Of a stretch of 64,000 nucleotides of DNA, positions 38,050-50,087 are shown piece by piece. Below the pieces are notes generated by a model that was given only the letters and a program-made list of their open reading frames with translations, did no database searches and was not told the DNA's origin. The DNA comes from Lama glama (taxonomy: Eukaryota): the NCBI GenBank assembly GCA_028534125.1, contig CM052818.1:9984001-10048000 (forward strand). Direction: 5' to 3'. Numbering within the stretch: position 1 is the stretch's first letter; each line of letters begins with the position of its first letter. The translations under genes were made by a program, and so were the position numbers.

Positions 38050-39149
38050 TGAAGGCTCAAGTTGATCTGGGCAGTTGAAAATGTAGTTATGTTGTTAGGA
38101 GCAAAGTTTTATAGAAATCTGCTTAAAGTGTGGAGTGCGTGCCTGTTGCACCTGAAAAGATGCCTGGAAGTAGCTGGCAGGGAGAAAGGAAAAGTGGTGT
38201 CAGCTGAGTTTATTTTGGCTGTTCGGGGAGATACGTACGTAGTGGGTGAGCTGTCTGTGGGTGAGGTGACATGGGAAAGAAGGTGAAGAGGAAGTGAGTC
38301 CTTACAATGTCTTGCTGCTCTGGCAAATGGGACTGTCCCAGCTCTGAACTATGTTTAGAGAGAAGTTGGGAGCATAATCACCATCATGTATTAAGTGGCT
38401 AAGTATATACATCCCATGTGCTGGGCTTCCTGAGACAAGATGATCAGATTCAGAAACAACCTTGACAGAACTTGGGTTCTCCTTTGGTCCTAGGTGCTTA
38501 TGAGGAGGTGCAAGAGAGGGCCTGGGTCTGAGTCACTGGCCAGAAGACTAGGGTTATGGTGTTGCTGTCTTCCCTGGACATGTGATAATTATTAAGCAAA
38601 GACAGTATCGTTGTGGGTCAAGAGGGTGTGTATCTATGGGAGGAAAGGCAGCCCAGGATAGGGAAACCAGAGGATTTGTGCTCTTCATAAGCAGAATGTC
38701 TTAGGTTGCAAGACATCTTCTCACTCATCATCAGAGCACAGTTAAACGTAAAACTCACAAGTTACCTGCAGCAGCAATCAGCAGGGTTCTGGTACCTAAA
38801 GATTGCCTAATCACCTGTCTCCTCCAAGAGTGTTAACCCATCAACGACTTCCATTTATTCTTTATTGAAAATAAACATGTACACCTGTGTAGGTTCCCTG
38901 GTCTAGTTAATTGAATGTTTTCAATAAGCAATCCAATTATGTGACTATTTTCTAAAATCTGAGGTGGATGCTTCCTTTCAATATTCTAAATAACATTTGT
39001 GTGTATGTGTGTGTGTGTCTCTGTGTGTTGGGGGTGGAGGTAAATGGAGGGAAGTATGCAAAGATCGAGCAAGAAATCTTGTTATTATCTTTGGGGATTC
39101 AGTGCGTCCTTTAACCTATTCTAAAGTAATAGACCTGCGAACACTGACG

Positions 39150-39240
39150 TCTCGTTTGAACTAAAACCGATGACAGTGTCCTGGCAGAGCTTCTCGCCCA
39201 CAGTAGGCACTCAATAAATATTTTGTGAATTTTTAGTGAG
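39150..39240 (+). mobile_element. L2 3' tail
   Basis: CACAGTAGGCACTCAATAAATATTTTGTGAAT. Confidence 0.6.
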
Positions 39241-42200
39241 AAGGGAAAATGAGTCATGATTCCATATCCAAACAATCTTTGCGGGTTGTCCATCCCTTTT
39301 TGTTTTGTTTTGTTTTTCTCTGGAGATGTTCCCGACCACAAATAAAGGACAAGGGGGAAAATAGTTAAGCACACCTAGAGCTGTGTCCAAACAAAAGAGG
39401 AAAGAGGCTAAACCAACCCAAGGTTTTCTATTTCTCCCTGAGCCAAGTAATCCCTTTGATTACATCTAATACCTGCCAAAACCCAGATGGTGTGCCCACC
39501 CATCTCCCGTGTGATAATGCCACATTGTGAAATCTACCCATTAATATTAATTGTCAGCTAGAGAATCTGTCTGAACTACTAAAGCTTGAGATTGCCTTGA
39601 GAAAGCAGGCCCTGCTTTAGCAGGGATTTTAAGATAATTCTCATTCTTTCATTCTGTATCTCACATATGTAGAATGTTAAATAATAGTCTGAGAATGCTT
39701 TTCTAATTTCATCACATGTCTGCCTCTCACAACCCAGGTCTTAAACCACTGTCCATTTGGGGTCTACACCTGCTGACCAAAATATTGCCTTAAACAGTGG
39801 TGGGCTTGCCAGCGACATGTAGGCACCCACTGTTCATCCTACAGAAAGAATTTTAACTCTCTGGGGGCTGTTTGAATTGAATGTGCCCCAGCATGCGACA
39901 CTCAACTATTTCCCATTTCTTTTTCTCCCTCTCGGTAATTGACTTAGTAATCTTTGAAAAGTCTTACAAAATCTCAGTGTTTTCAATAATTGCTTGGGCT
40001 TTCCTGAGGAAGGAGGGTACGGGCAGAGGAGAAGGCCTGGGAAGAGAATGTGAGGTCCAGGTCCCTTTGGGGTGTGGCTCCTGCCTGATAATCCCATCTG
40101 TGGGTTCGATTCGGACTCTGATCGTAAACATACCCGGGTCGGCTCTATAATCAGATCTGTGCTTCTAGGTCTGCCTATTGAAATGTCTCAGCATTGCAGT
40201 TTCTGCTGTATTCCCTAAACTTTTTTTTAAGCCACAAAATTTTAGAATCCATTTATGCCTGAAATAGATATGAAAATTTAGTAGGTGTGAGATTGAGTTT
40301 TTCCTCTGGAGTCGCACACCCCGCCACCCTTATCCTCATGGGTTATGGTACAGTCGCCTTTTGACAGTCATTCTTAAAGCCAGCACCTTAAACTTTATGA
40401 GTAAATGCAGAATCCAGCCCACACACTGTCTTTGTTTTTGCCAGGAGCATACAGGGCTGGTAAAACAAATTAATTCAATATTCTATGTCCCCTGTTTCAG
40501 GAGGTATCTCTCTGTCATCCTGAGCATGATGTCCAGCTCTGATCAGAGCTGCAGCCACGCTGGCTTGCTGACTGACTGGGGCAGAGGGACACCGCACAAA
40601 TGAACTGGAAACAGTCTTGTTCTTTGGGTACATAAATGAATGTTTACTTCAAAGTCCTGACAGTTCTTTTATTAGCAAATATTAATTTCAACTGAAAAAA
40701 CCAAAAGACCTTCCTGGAGCAGCATGTGTAAATAGAGATTGAGGTAATTTTAAAAACACCTATTGGTATGTAAAGCAACCTTCCTCATAAAAAGAAGTAA
40801 CTGCACAAGTGGCAGAAGCCCATTTACACAGCTAAATATTTTGATTATTTAATTTATTGCCATTATTTTACAAAATGGAAAAAAAAAAGCCATTGAATTG
40901 CAATTTTGTTCCCATCCCTGGCCAACTTTGCAATTCTGTTTTATATGAATGCTGCTCTTGGAAAGCGATGAGGAATGAGACAGAAAATTGGCTTTTTTAT
41001 AGAGAGAGGTGAGCCTTCCCACCTACTTAGTCTTCAGTCTTCAGAGGGGCTGGGGAAGGTGTGTTAAGGCCCCAGTACGTCAGGAGACAGGCCTTGCTGG
41101 GCTTTCAGTCAGAAGGTATGTTAAACAGTGGTGCACCTCCACTTCTGTCCTGCCTGGGGGGAGTTCGCAAATTGTTCTCTGCCTCCTTCCTGGACAGTCA
41201 GAGGAGAGGCGGACATGCAGGGTGAGGGGGGTGGCCTCTGTATCCTCTCCTCCCCTGTCACTGGAAAGTGGCTTTCTGATGCCAAAGACTGGGACAAGTT
41301 GTTATAAAGGCACCCAGAAGGCAGAAATTAGCGCTTTTAAACTGAAGGTGAATCACAAGGCCTATTTCTGCGCTTCTGTTAAACCATTTAAAAAGACCAA
41401 AATTAACTTTTAAACATACCCATTCTTTACACAGATAGGAGTGGGAAGTACACCCAATCACTTTGTAAAACAGAAACCCTCTCTTGGAGAGTTTGTTTCA
41501 CGTGTGCGTATTTTTAAATGGCCAAAATTCAGGTTATTATGGTATTTAAAAGAATTTGCTTGTAGGATCAGACCTGAACATTCCACGCTTAGCTCTGAGC
41601 AGATTTTTATGACCTGCTTAGAGACCTTTGAAAAATACTCTTAATTATAACAAGGCAGCATTGTGCAAACATGCCTGGGTGATGTTTACACTACCCCATT
41701 CTTATCAGTTAGAAGAAACACAACAAAAATATTAAAGAGCAAACAAGCGAAAGTCAATGTGAAAACAGATGAAAGTATGCCTAATTGAAAGAGAGAGTGT
41801 ATGTGAAAATACTGTAAAAATTGTAATGTGTCACCACACAGAAAGTAATATCCTATTAGCAGAACCATCTCTAAGTCTTTTGAGCGAGTGCAGCCCTCCC
41901 AGTGTATGGGGCTGTCTGATGGCCTGTGTATTTATATATTTCAGTTGTGGCATGGTGAGCTATTTACACTTCTTTGTAAACCAGTCTGTACCTTCCTTTT
42001 ATGCTGTGCCTCCTCAAAGGAGTCTCCAGAAGCCTGTGAACGTCTCAGATGTTCCTCATGAGAACTCTGGATGTTAAAGTCAAAATTGAAGCATGAGTAG
42101 TTTCAACTAAACCCTTGTTTTTAGGGAACAGCATATCTTGAGATGAAATGTCTGAGTCTATGGATGTCATTTAAAACCCCCACATCACCCCTCAGACCAG

Positions 42201-42790
42201 CTGTCTACCAAGAGGCCATGCTAACCACTGCCCTCACTCACTTACTGTCCAAAAGCTAGAGCCGAAGGGACAAAATTCAAATGTCCTCGAGGCCTTGGTC
42301 TTTAGAATTTTTGCTTGCAGTTCCTACTTTGGTTGGAACAGAACCCACTGAGCACTTCTGAGCTGACACCCTTGGACTTCCAGGGGCTCCCCCTCTCCAG
42401 ATCGAAGCTGCTGATATGTCCTTATAAACACAAATGAAAAGAAATCTCTTTGGTGTCTAATCTGTAGTATCTAAAACCCAGTTTCCTTTTGCGTGAGCAA
42501 ATTGAAGGATAAAAACTTTGAAAATAACCTGCTTCCTCCCAAATCAGAAAAACAGACATGAAACAGACATCAATGTCTCACTGCCCAGGACCTTGAAATT
42601 TTTAATTGGCTAGTAGAAAGTTATTTAAAAATAATGGGCAGGGCAAAATAAATATGTAATTTGATAGTCTGTTAGCAACTCCTTTTACTTATCACATGCA
42701 GAACATTTTCTAATTTTCTCTTTGATTGTAAATACAAATCTAGTTTATTAAGCAGAAACATAGATTATTAATAAATAAACCACTTGATGC

Positions 42791-42845
42791 CTGTAAAGCA
42801 CTTTGAGGGCGAAAAGCCTCTACTAAATGGCAAATATTATTATTT
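42791..42845 (+). mobile_element. 3' tail of an ancient L2-clade LINE or amniote SINE
   Basis: CTGTAAAGCACTTTGAG...GAAAAGC...TA...AAAT...AAATATTATTAT resembles the conserved tail of L2-dependent SINEs and old L2s. Confidence 0.5.
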
Positions 42846-44739
42846 TTATTGCAAGCTAACAGGAGGAAACTAAACTAATGAATGCTTACAGAGCTCCAAG
42901 TAGTCATCATACTCAAATTGCCACATACTGTAAACTATTCAACTTATTTCTTAGATAGAGATGCGTTTAAATTTTAAGTTGATACTTTTTAATTTTTGCC
43001 AATGTTGAAAGGCAACCCTTATGGGTCTGTAATTTAAATAAGAATAACTCAAGGGATTAATCACTTTTTACATTTAAATGGAAGTTGCCTGAAATATATA
43101 ACACTTTTGAAAGTGCAGCTTGCAAAAAAGAAAAAGACAAGACCAAGACTAATTTTCTGAGTTAAATCGTTGCCAAGGGATATAGCTTTTTATAAGTATC
43201 ACTTCTTTTGAATAACATCATAGCCATACACCAATCTACATTGAAATAATACCCTAAACAGATAAAGTGAAACCTGATGTTTTAGGGTTCAGGCTGAATG
43301 CTTTCTTATGCTATACTCTTTTGCATTTGGCCTTGACACTGTGGTGTATACGATACGTAAGATGAATGAAGTCTTTTACTATCTGATATTTGAAATAGGG
43401 AAATGTATAAAAATAATGCCAAGTCACAATGGAATAGTTAAAAATGAAATTATGGATGTAAGTCTGATTTTCCTGAGCATTTTTCTGAAATCAGATCATA
43501 AATGTTCACTTTTGATATTAGTTAAAGTGGACATACTGTATGCTTCTACATATTACATTAAATTTGCTGATACACATATCAATGTGTTTACATAGTTGGG
43601 GTCCATACTTTTTACCCCTCCTTATTGAGAGCAGATTTAATTTAAACAAAAGCAACTAATTTAACAGAGAAACAGATAATAATTGTAAATGTTACAACAG
43701 AAACTGCTTTGTTGAAATCTCCTATAAATATATGTTTTAGCTAAATCCTGTAGGAGAAATCCATATGGGTTACTTGAGATTTTCCTCACTAAAAATGTCA
43801 AAGCAGTCTTCATTCTCAGGAGAACTAGGTTCTGATCTGGGATCACAGCTAAGGTGTGCTGAAAAGAAAGCATTTAAAGACAATTTTCTTGTCTCTCCCC
43901 CCACCTCCACACACATACACATTCCAGGCATTTTAAAATGACACTGTTATGCTCCATGTCCAGGACTGGAAAACAAAGTCTCCTCCTGTTTGACAAGATT
44001 CAGCTTGCAGTGATTTTAGCAGCCAAGATATGAGATTTTTAAATTAGGGCCTTCAAAATGGAATATTAGCAGACCCATATTAAAACAATGCTGGCAGCCC
44101 TTACAATGATACAGGGTAATTTTCTAATTAGCAGAAGGCTATTTGAAATGCAGCATGGTGTCCCATTTTTCATACTGTTATTTTCTACTGGATAGAACTA
44201 GAGAAGTAAAACAAAAGCCATGAAACCTCATAGTCAAAGTTCTATAAATTGGTCTCTCCAGCCCTGTAAAGACAGAATCTAATTTTAAAGGCTTTTTAAT
44301 TTACAGAACTTAGCTTTGCTGCACTAGGAGCGTTGTGCTAACAACCAGATCGCCATCCAGCTGGTTAACAGATCCAGAATTGTCTTCTTCAGTTACTTGA
44401 TTTTAGGTTATTTTTGAAATTTATAATAACATGTATTACTCATCCTTGTTTTCTTAATATTTGTGTTTGGGTTCGTTTTTCTGAAAGAGGATTCAGCAAA
44501 GGGCTGTGCATATATAGTGGATGCTGAAAAATAGAAGGCTTAGATATCTGCAAGTATTTATTCTTTAGAGGTAGAAAAGGGGTTTCTTTCATTAGTTTGG
44601 GTCTTACGTTTTGGAATAATGGGTCAGGAGAAGAGGTAAGGGTTGGAGGTAAAAATGTTTGGAACTTACATAGGGAAGGACAAATTAGATTCTTAGACAT
44701 AAATATTTCAAACATAGAAGCATTCAATGAATAGATTTT

Positions 44740-44827
44740 TTTTTTCAACGGAGGTGGTGGGGATTGAACCCAGGACTTCGTGCCTGATAAGCAGGTGTTC
44801 TATCACTGAGTTATTACCCTCCCCCAG
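44740..44827 (-). mobile_element. Short tRNA-Ala-like SINE (Vic-1-like head plus poly-A)
   Basis: GGAGGTGGTGGGGATTGAACCCAGGAC...CACTGAGTTATTACCCTCCCCC; TSD CAATGAA(T/C)AGATTTT at 44725-44739 and 44828-44842. Confidence 0.85.
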
Positions 44828-45149
44828 CAATGAACAGATTTTATACGTGAAGATTCCAAAAAGTCAGCCATCCTGTGCATGCGAATAGAAATCACTGTCA
44901 GGGGCATCATCTTCAGTTATGAGGAGGAAGCAATGAACATCTCATCCCTAGTAAGGTCCAAGTCACATTATTTTCATGCTGACCACTTCTCTGGCATATT
45001 GGTGAACAGGAAAACAGGCTGATCGGCAGAGAACAATTTGCTTCAAGCCATCCTCCAAATTCCCTCCAGGTTTCATTAATCCAAAGAGTATGTCACCTTC
45101 CCTACTCAGAAACCTCAAATGGTTTTCCACTGCTGGCAGAATTTTGTCA

Positions 45150-45600
45150 AGACTGTGAATCCTGACCTTAGAGGTCCTTCCCAGACTTGCCCAACTTCTC
45201 TTTCCAGATATCTTCCTGCTGCTCCGCTCTGTGCTTTAGCTGCACCAGGCGACTTGGCGGCCCCGGAACTCACCAAGTCCATTTGTGTGCCTGGTCTTGA
45301 CTCAGGTCCTTCATTCCTTCCACCCTGAGTGCTCCTCCCACATCTTCCCACCTAGCAAAGCCGACTCACCCCTCCCTAGCCACTGAGGAATCTTCCCCCT
45401 TGGGGTGGCTGCTCAATCTCTTCTTTATTTCCTAACCCCAGTCTGACTGGTTTTATAGTCAGATGTGTGCAAGTTCCTCCCCTGGACTGTGTACCACTTG
45501 AGAATACTGGGACATGGAACTTTTTTTTTTCCCCAACTTTTCTTCAGTCCCCTCCAAACCTGGTACAGGTCCCTGGGTATGGTAGACACTCAAAAGTACT
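45150..45600 (+). mobile_element. L2 fragment
   Basis: Degenerate L2 3' region (CCAACTTCTCTTTCC...GCTCTGTGCTTTAGC, CCCCTGGACTGTG...CTTGAG and ATGGTAGACACTCAAAAGTA). Confidence 0.5.
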
Positions 45601-48600
45601 TGGCATTACATTGACCCTTAATGAGAGGCCTGCCTACTTCCCATTATGCATGGTATTCAATATTCTATAAGTTTAGCAAGGTCAGCTATGAATTAAAAAC
45701 AAAACAAAAAAGCAATAGCTGCTACATTTGAGGAATTACACTTTGAGTAGAAAGAGGGTGAAAGCAGCTGATGTCCATGGTCATCAGGAGGCATTTTTCA
45801 GCCACTTCTTCATTCCCTTCTACCCCATTCCAAAGTGATGAAAGCAATTCCCATATCCCTCTCAGGGCCCGGGGAGTCATACCCTAATTTTACCTGCACT
45901 GAAATTGGACAGGGATGGTGGTGGGCAAGAGCATGGCATGATTTGGTCCAGTCTTCTCCCCAGCATAGCCTCATCAACGCAGACATGATCTGTGAAGTTG
46001 CAGCTTTTTGATCATGGTGCATGTGTCTCTCTACAAGAAATAGGGCACCATTCCCCCTCAAAACAGTTAGGCTTTAAAAAAAAGAAAAAACAAAAAGAAA
46101 AAAATACATCATATTATTCTATGACTAACTGAATAGAGTGAGATTTCTTTATTCTCAGGATGATTAAAAAGCAACAAACCTATCTCTCATGTATGAGACT
46201 AGGATATTGTTTAAAAAGTAGTCCATTCAACTCTGGACTGGATCTCTTGTTAGATTCCTTACCCTGATGACTCCTGGTTTGTCCCCTTCCTTGCTTGACT
46301 GCCAACAACTTGGTACATCCTAGGTGATTTTTCACTATTTCTGCTGGTGGAATAGAGACTCCCATGGGGTCCAGTTTGCCAGGCCATCAACACTGTTTTC
46401 AGTAGCCATAGATGGCAGATCTACCGACCCACTTTCTTTCCCACAAATGATAAGCTAAATTTTTTTTTAAATCATACTTCTTTGCATCTATTGGATGGGT
46501 TGTGCTTTTCCCTCCAAATCTGGGTTAATAGAAGTTTAAAAAATTTCTCTCCAACCCCAGAGGATCCTCTGAGTGGTCTCACAGTTCTCTGACATAGCTG
46601 ACGCCTATGACCAAGTTGGGGTTAGAGGACATTGCCGTCTAATTTATCATTATCAGTCCAGGGGCTTATCATCTTCTAGAAAGAACTAAACAGATTTGCA
46701 CAATACACAGGAAAAGCACTAGGACCTGCATCTTCTGATAGAACATATGTAAGTAATTAAGACAAAAAAATAATTGCACGTTTGAGAAGGTGGACTCACC
46801 AAGCAGTTGTTGAACTATAAAAATGCATTAAGTGTAGTCAGTTTCTTTTTTTAATTATTCAGGAATGTTGTTTATGTTATCATGAAAAAAAGAGGTGAGA
46901 AAATATATTCGGCAATTTTTGGTTTTCCCCCATTTGAGCAGATGGCGATTTGTAGTTCAAAATTTGTAACTCAAATTATTTCACATTTTTATTAATCAGT
47001 ACAATATGTTTTTAAAACAACAAACTGCACTTAGAAATATCAGTGTAAGTTCCCCAATTCGCCTAGTTCCATCAGACAGCAGTTTAAGAATTAGAGATTT
47101 TGTTAGCGATATTGGGAAACAAGGCATTCTAGTTCAGTATTTCAATTGTCATTATTTTTATTCCAGTGTTCAAAGTATCTCACATGGGGGAGGGGGCAGA
47201 TGAAAATAGTACAGAAAATTGCAATAGGGAGCTGTAAAAAGCTGGGAGAATCTGTTTCAAGATGTTTGCTTTTTTGATAGAACAAAAAGTGCATTTTGTT
47301 AGAGACAAATATTTTTGTGATAAAAACATTTTATGTGAAATGTAGATTGGACTTTTAATATAAAAAAGAAATGTTAAGCCATTCTATTTTAGGAAGGTTT
47401 GGCGTCTTAGAATGAAAGCTGTTAGAACTGCATATATTGGAATGTTCTCACAACTGTTGTCATCCTGTGTTCCTCTGCAAACCTGTTAAATTACATGAGT
47501 GTAGAAATAAGGGAGCTTTTTTATTATTATTAATTGACACTCATTTTTAGCTGGCATGTGCTGGCAGGTCTTTCCAGACAAACCTCAGACCGTACAAGGC
47601 AGAGCTTCAATCTGAAAGTTTGGGGAGTATTCTAAAGCTCTGTAATATGGAAGCTAGGAAGTGTAATATTAAAGTGATAAACATCTTATATTCAGTGTAA
47701 TTCACAGTTTCTTTCATTCTTTTTACTATCTATAGATCTAAATCAAAACAAATTCCATAAAAGAGGGGGTTATTTTCAAGCACATTTTCCTTCAGAGAGC
47801 TCTTGAATATTTTATCATATCTATTTCTATACATATGCTATACATTTCTAGATCCCTGTTGAACAAAATCCAAGGTGATGATAAAAAAAAGATGACATTA
47901 GAATTCCTAGGAGATATAAAGTTAGCCCTTGTAAATGAAATAAACTTTGTTTTTGGCAATTAAGGATTACACTGTGATATTAAGTCAAAGAACAGTATGT
48001 CTGAACTATTAAATTGTTTTTTCCAGAAGGTTATTAAAAATGTATTTCAAATTACCAGAGTGGCAGGGGAAAAAAAAAAACCTTAAAAATGGTTACATTT
48101 TCTTGTGCTCTTGAGGAGGCATGTTGGTTTCATGCGGTATGATTTCCAAGCAGAATTTTGTGAGCACCAAACACCCATTTTAGGACACGTGAGAGGTTCA
48201 CCCCCCCCCATCCCCACAGTAAGACCTTCTGAGCTGTCACTACAACAAACTGTGAATGGGTGGGCACTTCAACTGTCATCTGATAATAGGAATCTATGGA
48301 TTTTCTGGGTGTCCCTCGAATTGTGCAGAACCCCAGGATTTAGACAAGCTCTTCACAAGGTCAAACAAAAAACCAGACCCGGATCCTGATGCCACCGGGG
48401 ATCAAAAGGGGCAGGAAGTACACATATAAGCTTGTGATGTGAGGTAGGAATCTCTGGTGTGTATGAACAGCGTCTGCGTCCTCAAATGGTTAATTCCCCC
48501 AGGCTGTCATATTGCATAAACAGATCCTCCTTTAATAAAATTAATTAGGTTCTGAGCTTTATAGGGTGATGCCCACTGACCCTTTACATGCCTATTGTTC

Positions 48601-48759
48601 CCAGATCCAAGCAAAAGAAAAAAGGATGCCCAGTCGACAAGAGAGGAGACCAAAGTTAAAAGATTAGAAATCTCAAGTAGTAGCAGGGAGAGGGGATGGA
48701 GGAAGCTAGGGAATGTTTGCTTCTGCACGGAACTTAAAAACAAAAACCAAAACCCAACA

Positions 48760-49640
48760 GCGCGGTGACGGGGTTCTGCTAATTTCTCTTTTTGCACGCG
48801 CCACGAAATTCAGGCTGCGTGGAGTTCCCGAGACACATCCAGAGTATTTGCAGATTGCAGGGACGCTCAGCTTTAGTTAAAAAAGACCCGAAGCACAGGG
48901 GCAGGGTTAGGTGGAGGGCACAGAGGATCTGCGAAAGAAAAGCTAGACCCCGCAAACCCATTTAGATTCCCACTACGTCCCTCCCTTTTCTCTGGCTACC
49001 CACCCAGCGCTATCCCGGGTATTTCATAGCACGAGTTGCTTCTGATATTCTTATAAGTTTGCTAAGGAAACTCCTTGAGGGTGAGAGCGAGAGCTGGGAT
49101 GGGAAAAGGTGAAATGAGGACCGCGGTCTTTTTCTCTTTTCTTCATCACAAGGGGTTTGAGTTCCCGTCTTAGGGATTAAGTGAGCGCATCCCGGGCTCC
49201 TCTCTTCGGAGGAAATCTGAGGCACGACAGCAAATACTGCCCGATTTTGTAAGAAAAAAAATTTTTAAGGGAAAAAAAGAAAAGAATCGTTCTCGACCGG
49301 ATGTTTCCAATTACAGAGGAGCCAGAGAACGGAAAGGTTGAGGGGTTGGCGAGGATGAAGCAAAATTTGGAGAGGATGGGGGTTGGAGGTGGGAAGAGAC
49401 GCAGCAGGGTAAGAGGAAAGAAATGAGGCTTCTGTGAGGAGAAGAGGAAAATAGGAAAATGAAGCAGAACTAGAAAAATGACAAAGTGTTGAGTGCTGAT
49501 TTATTGCAGAAGCCTCTGGTCATTTCCATATATTGAAATGCGCCCAAGCGGCCAGTCAGTCAATTTCTTTTGAGCTGCTGCCGCCGCTGCCCACGGGCTG
49601 CCCACGTGACTCCCCCTCAGTCAGCCTCTTTACCACCCAG
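48760..49640. promoter_or_regulatory. Weak CpG island / CpG-retaining regulatory region
   Basis: Many CpGs at moderate GC (CGCGGTGACG, GCACGCGCCACG, GACCGCGG, GCCGCCGC) against a CpG-depleted background; E-box CACGTGAC near 49602. Confidence 0.55.
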
Positions 49641-50061
49641 CCCCTGAAACAGATAGAAGAGGAAAGAAAGAGTGTGAGGCAGAGGAGGCATCTGTGTGCT
49701 GTAGTGGGTGATCTGGAGAAGGAGACATTTGTATGGGTCTTTGGGAAAGAAGGAATGTGGCCTGGGGAGGGGAGAGGTAGGTTTTAAGCTCCATTCAAGT
49801 GTTACATCCAGTTACCTCTCTGTAGCATCTTTCCATCTCTCTCTCCTCTCTCTCTCTCTTTCTCCTTACTTTCCTCTTTTCCTCCTTTCTCTTCCTCTCT
49901 TAAGATGTTAAGAAAGGAGACAGAATACCAAGGTAGAAAAATCTATCAGTCTACAAATATATAATGCAGATGGGTGTGGAGATGTAGGATATTCAAGTCA
50001 GATTTTATTTTGGTGTCTTTGGTACTATCCATTGCTTTGGTAGATTTTTCTTAAAGAAAGG

Positions 50062-50087
50062 CACACACACACACACACACACACACA
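50062..50087 (+). repeat. (CA)n microsatellite
   Basis: Directly visible. Confidence 0.95.
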
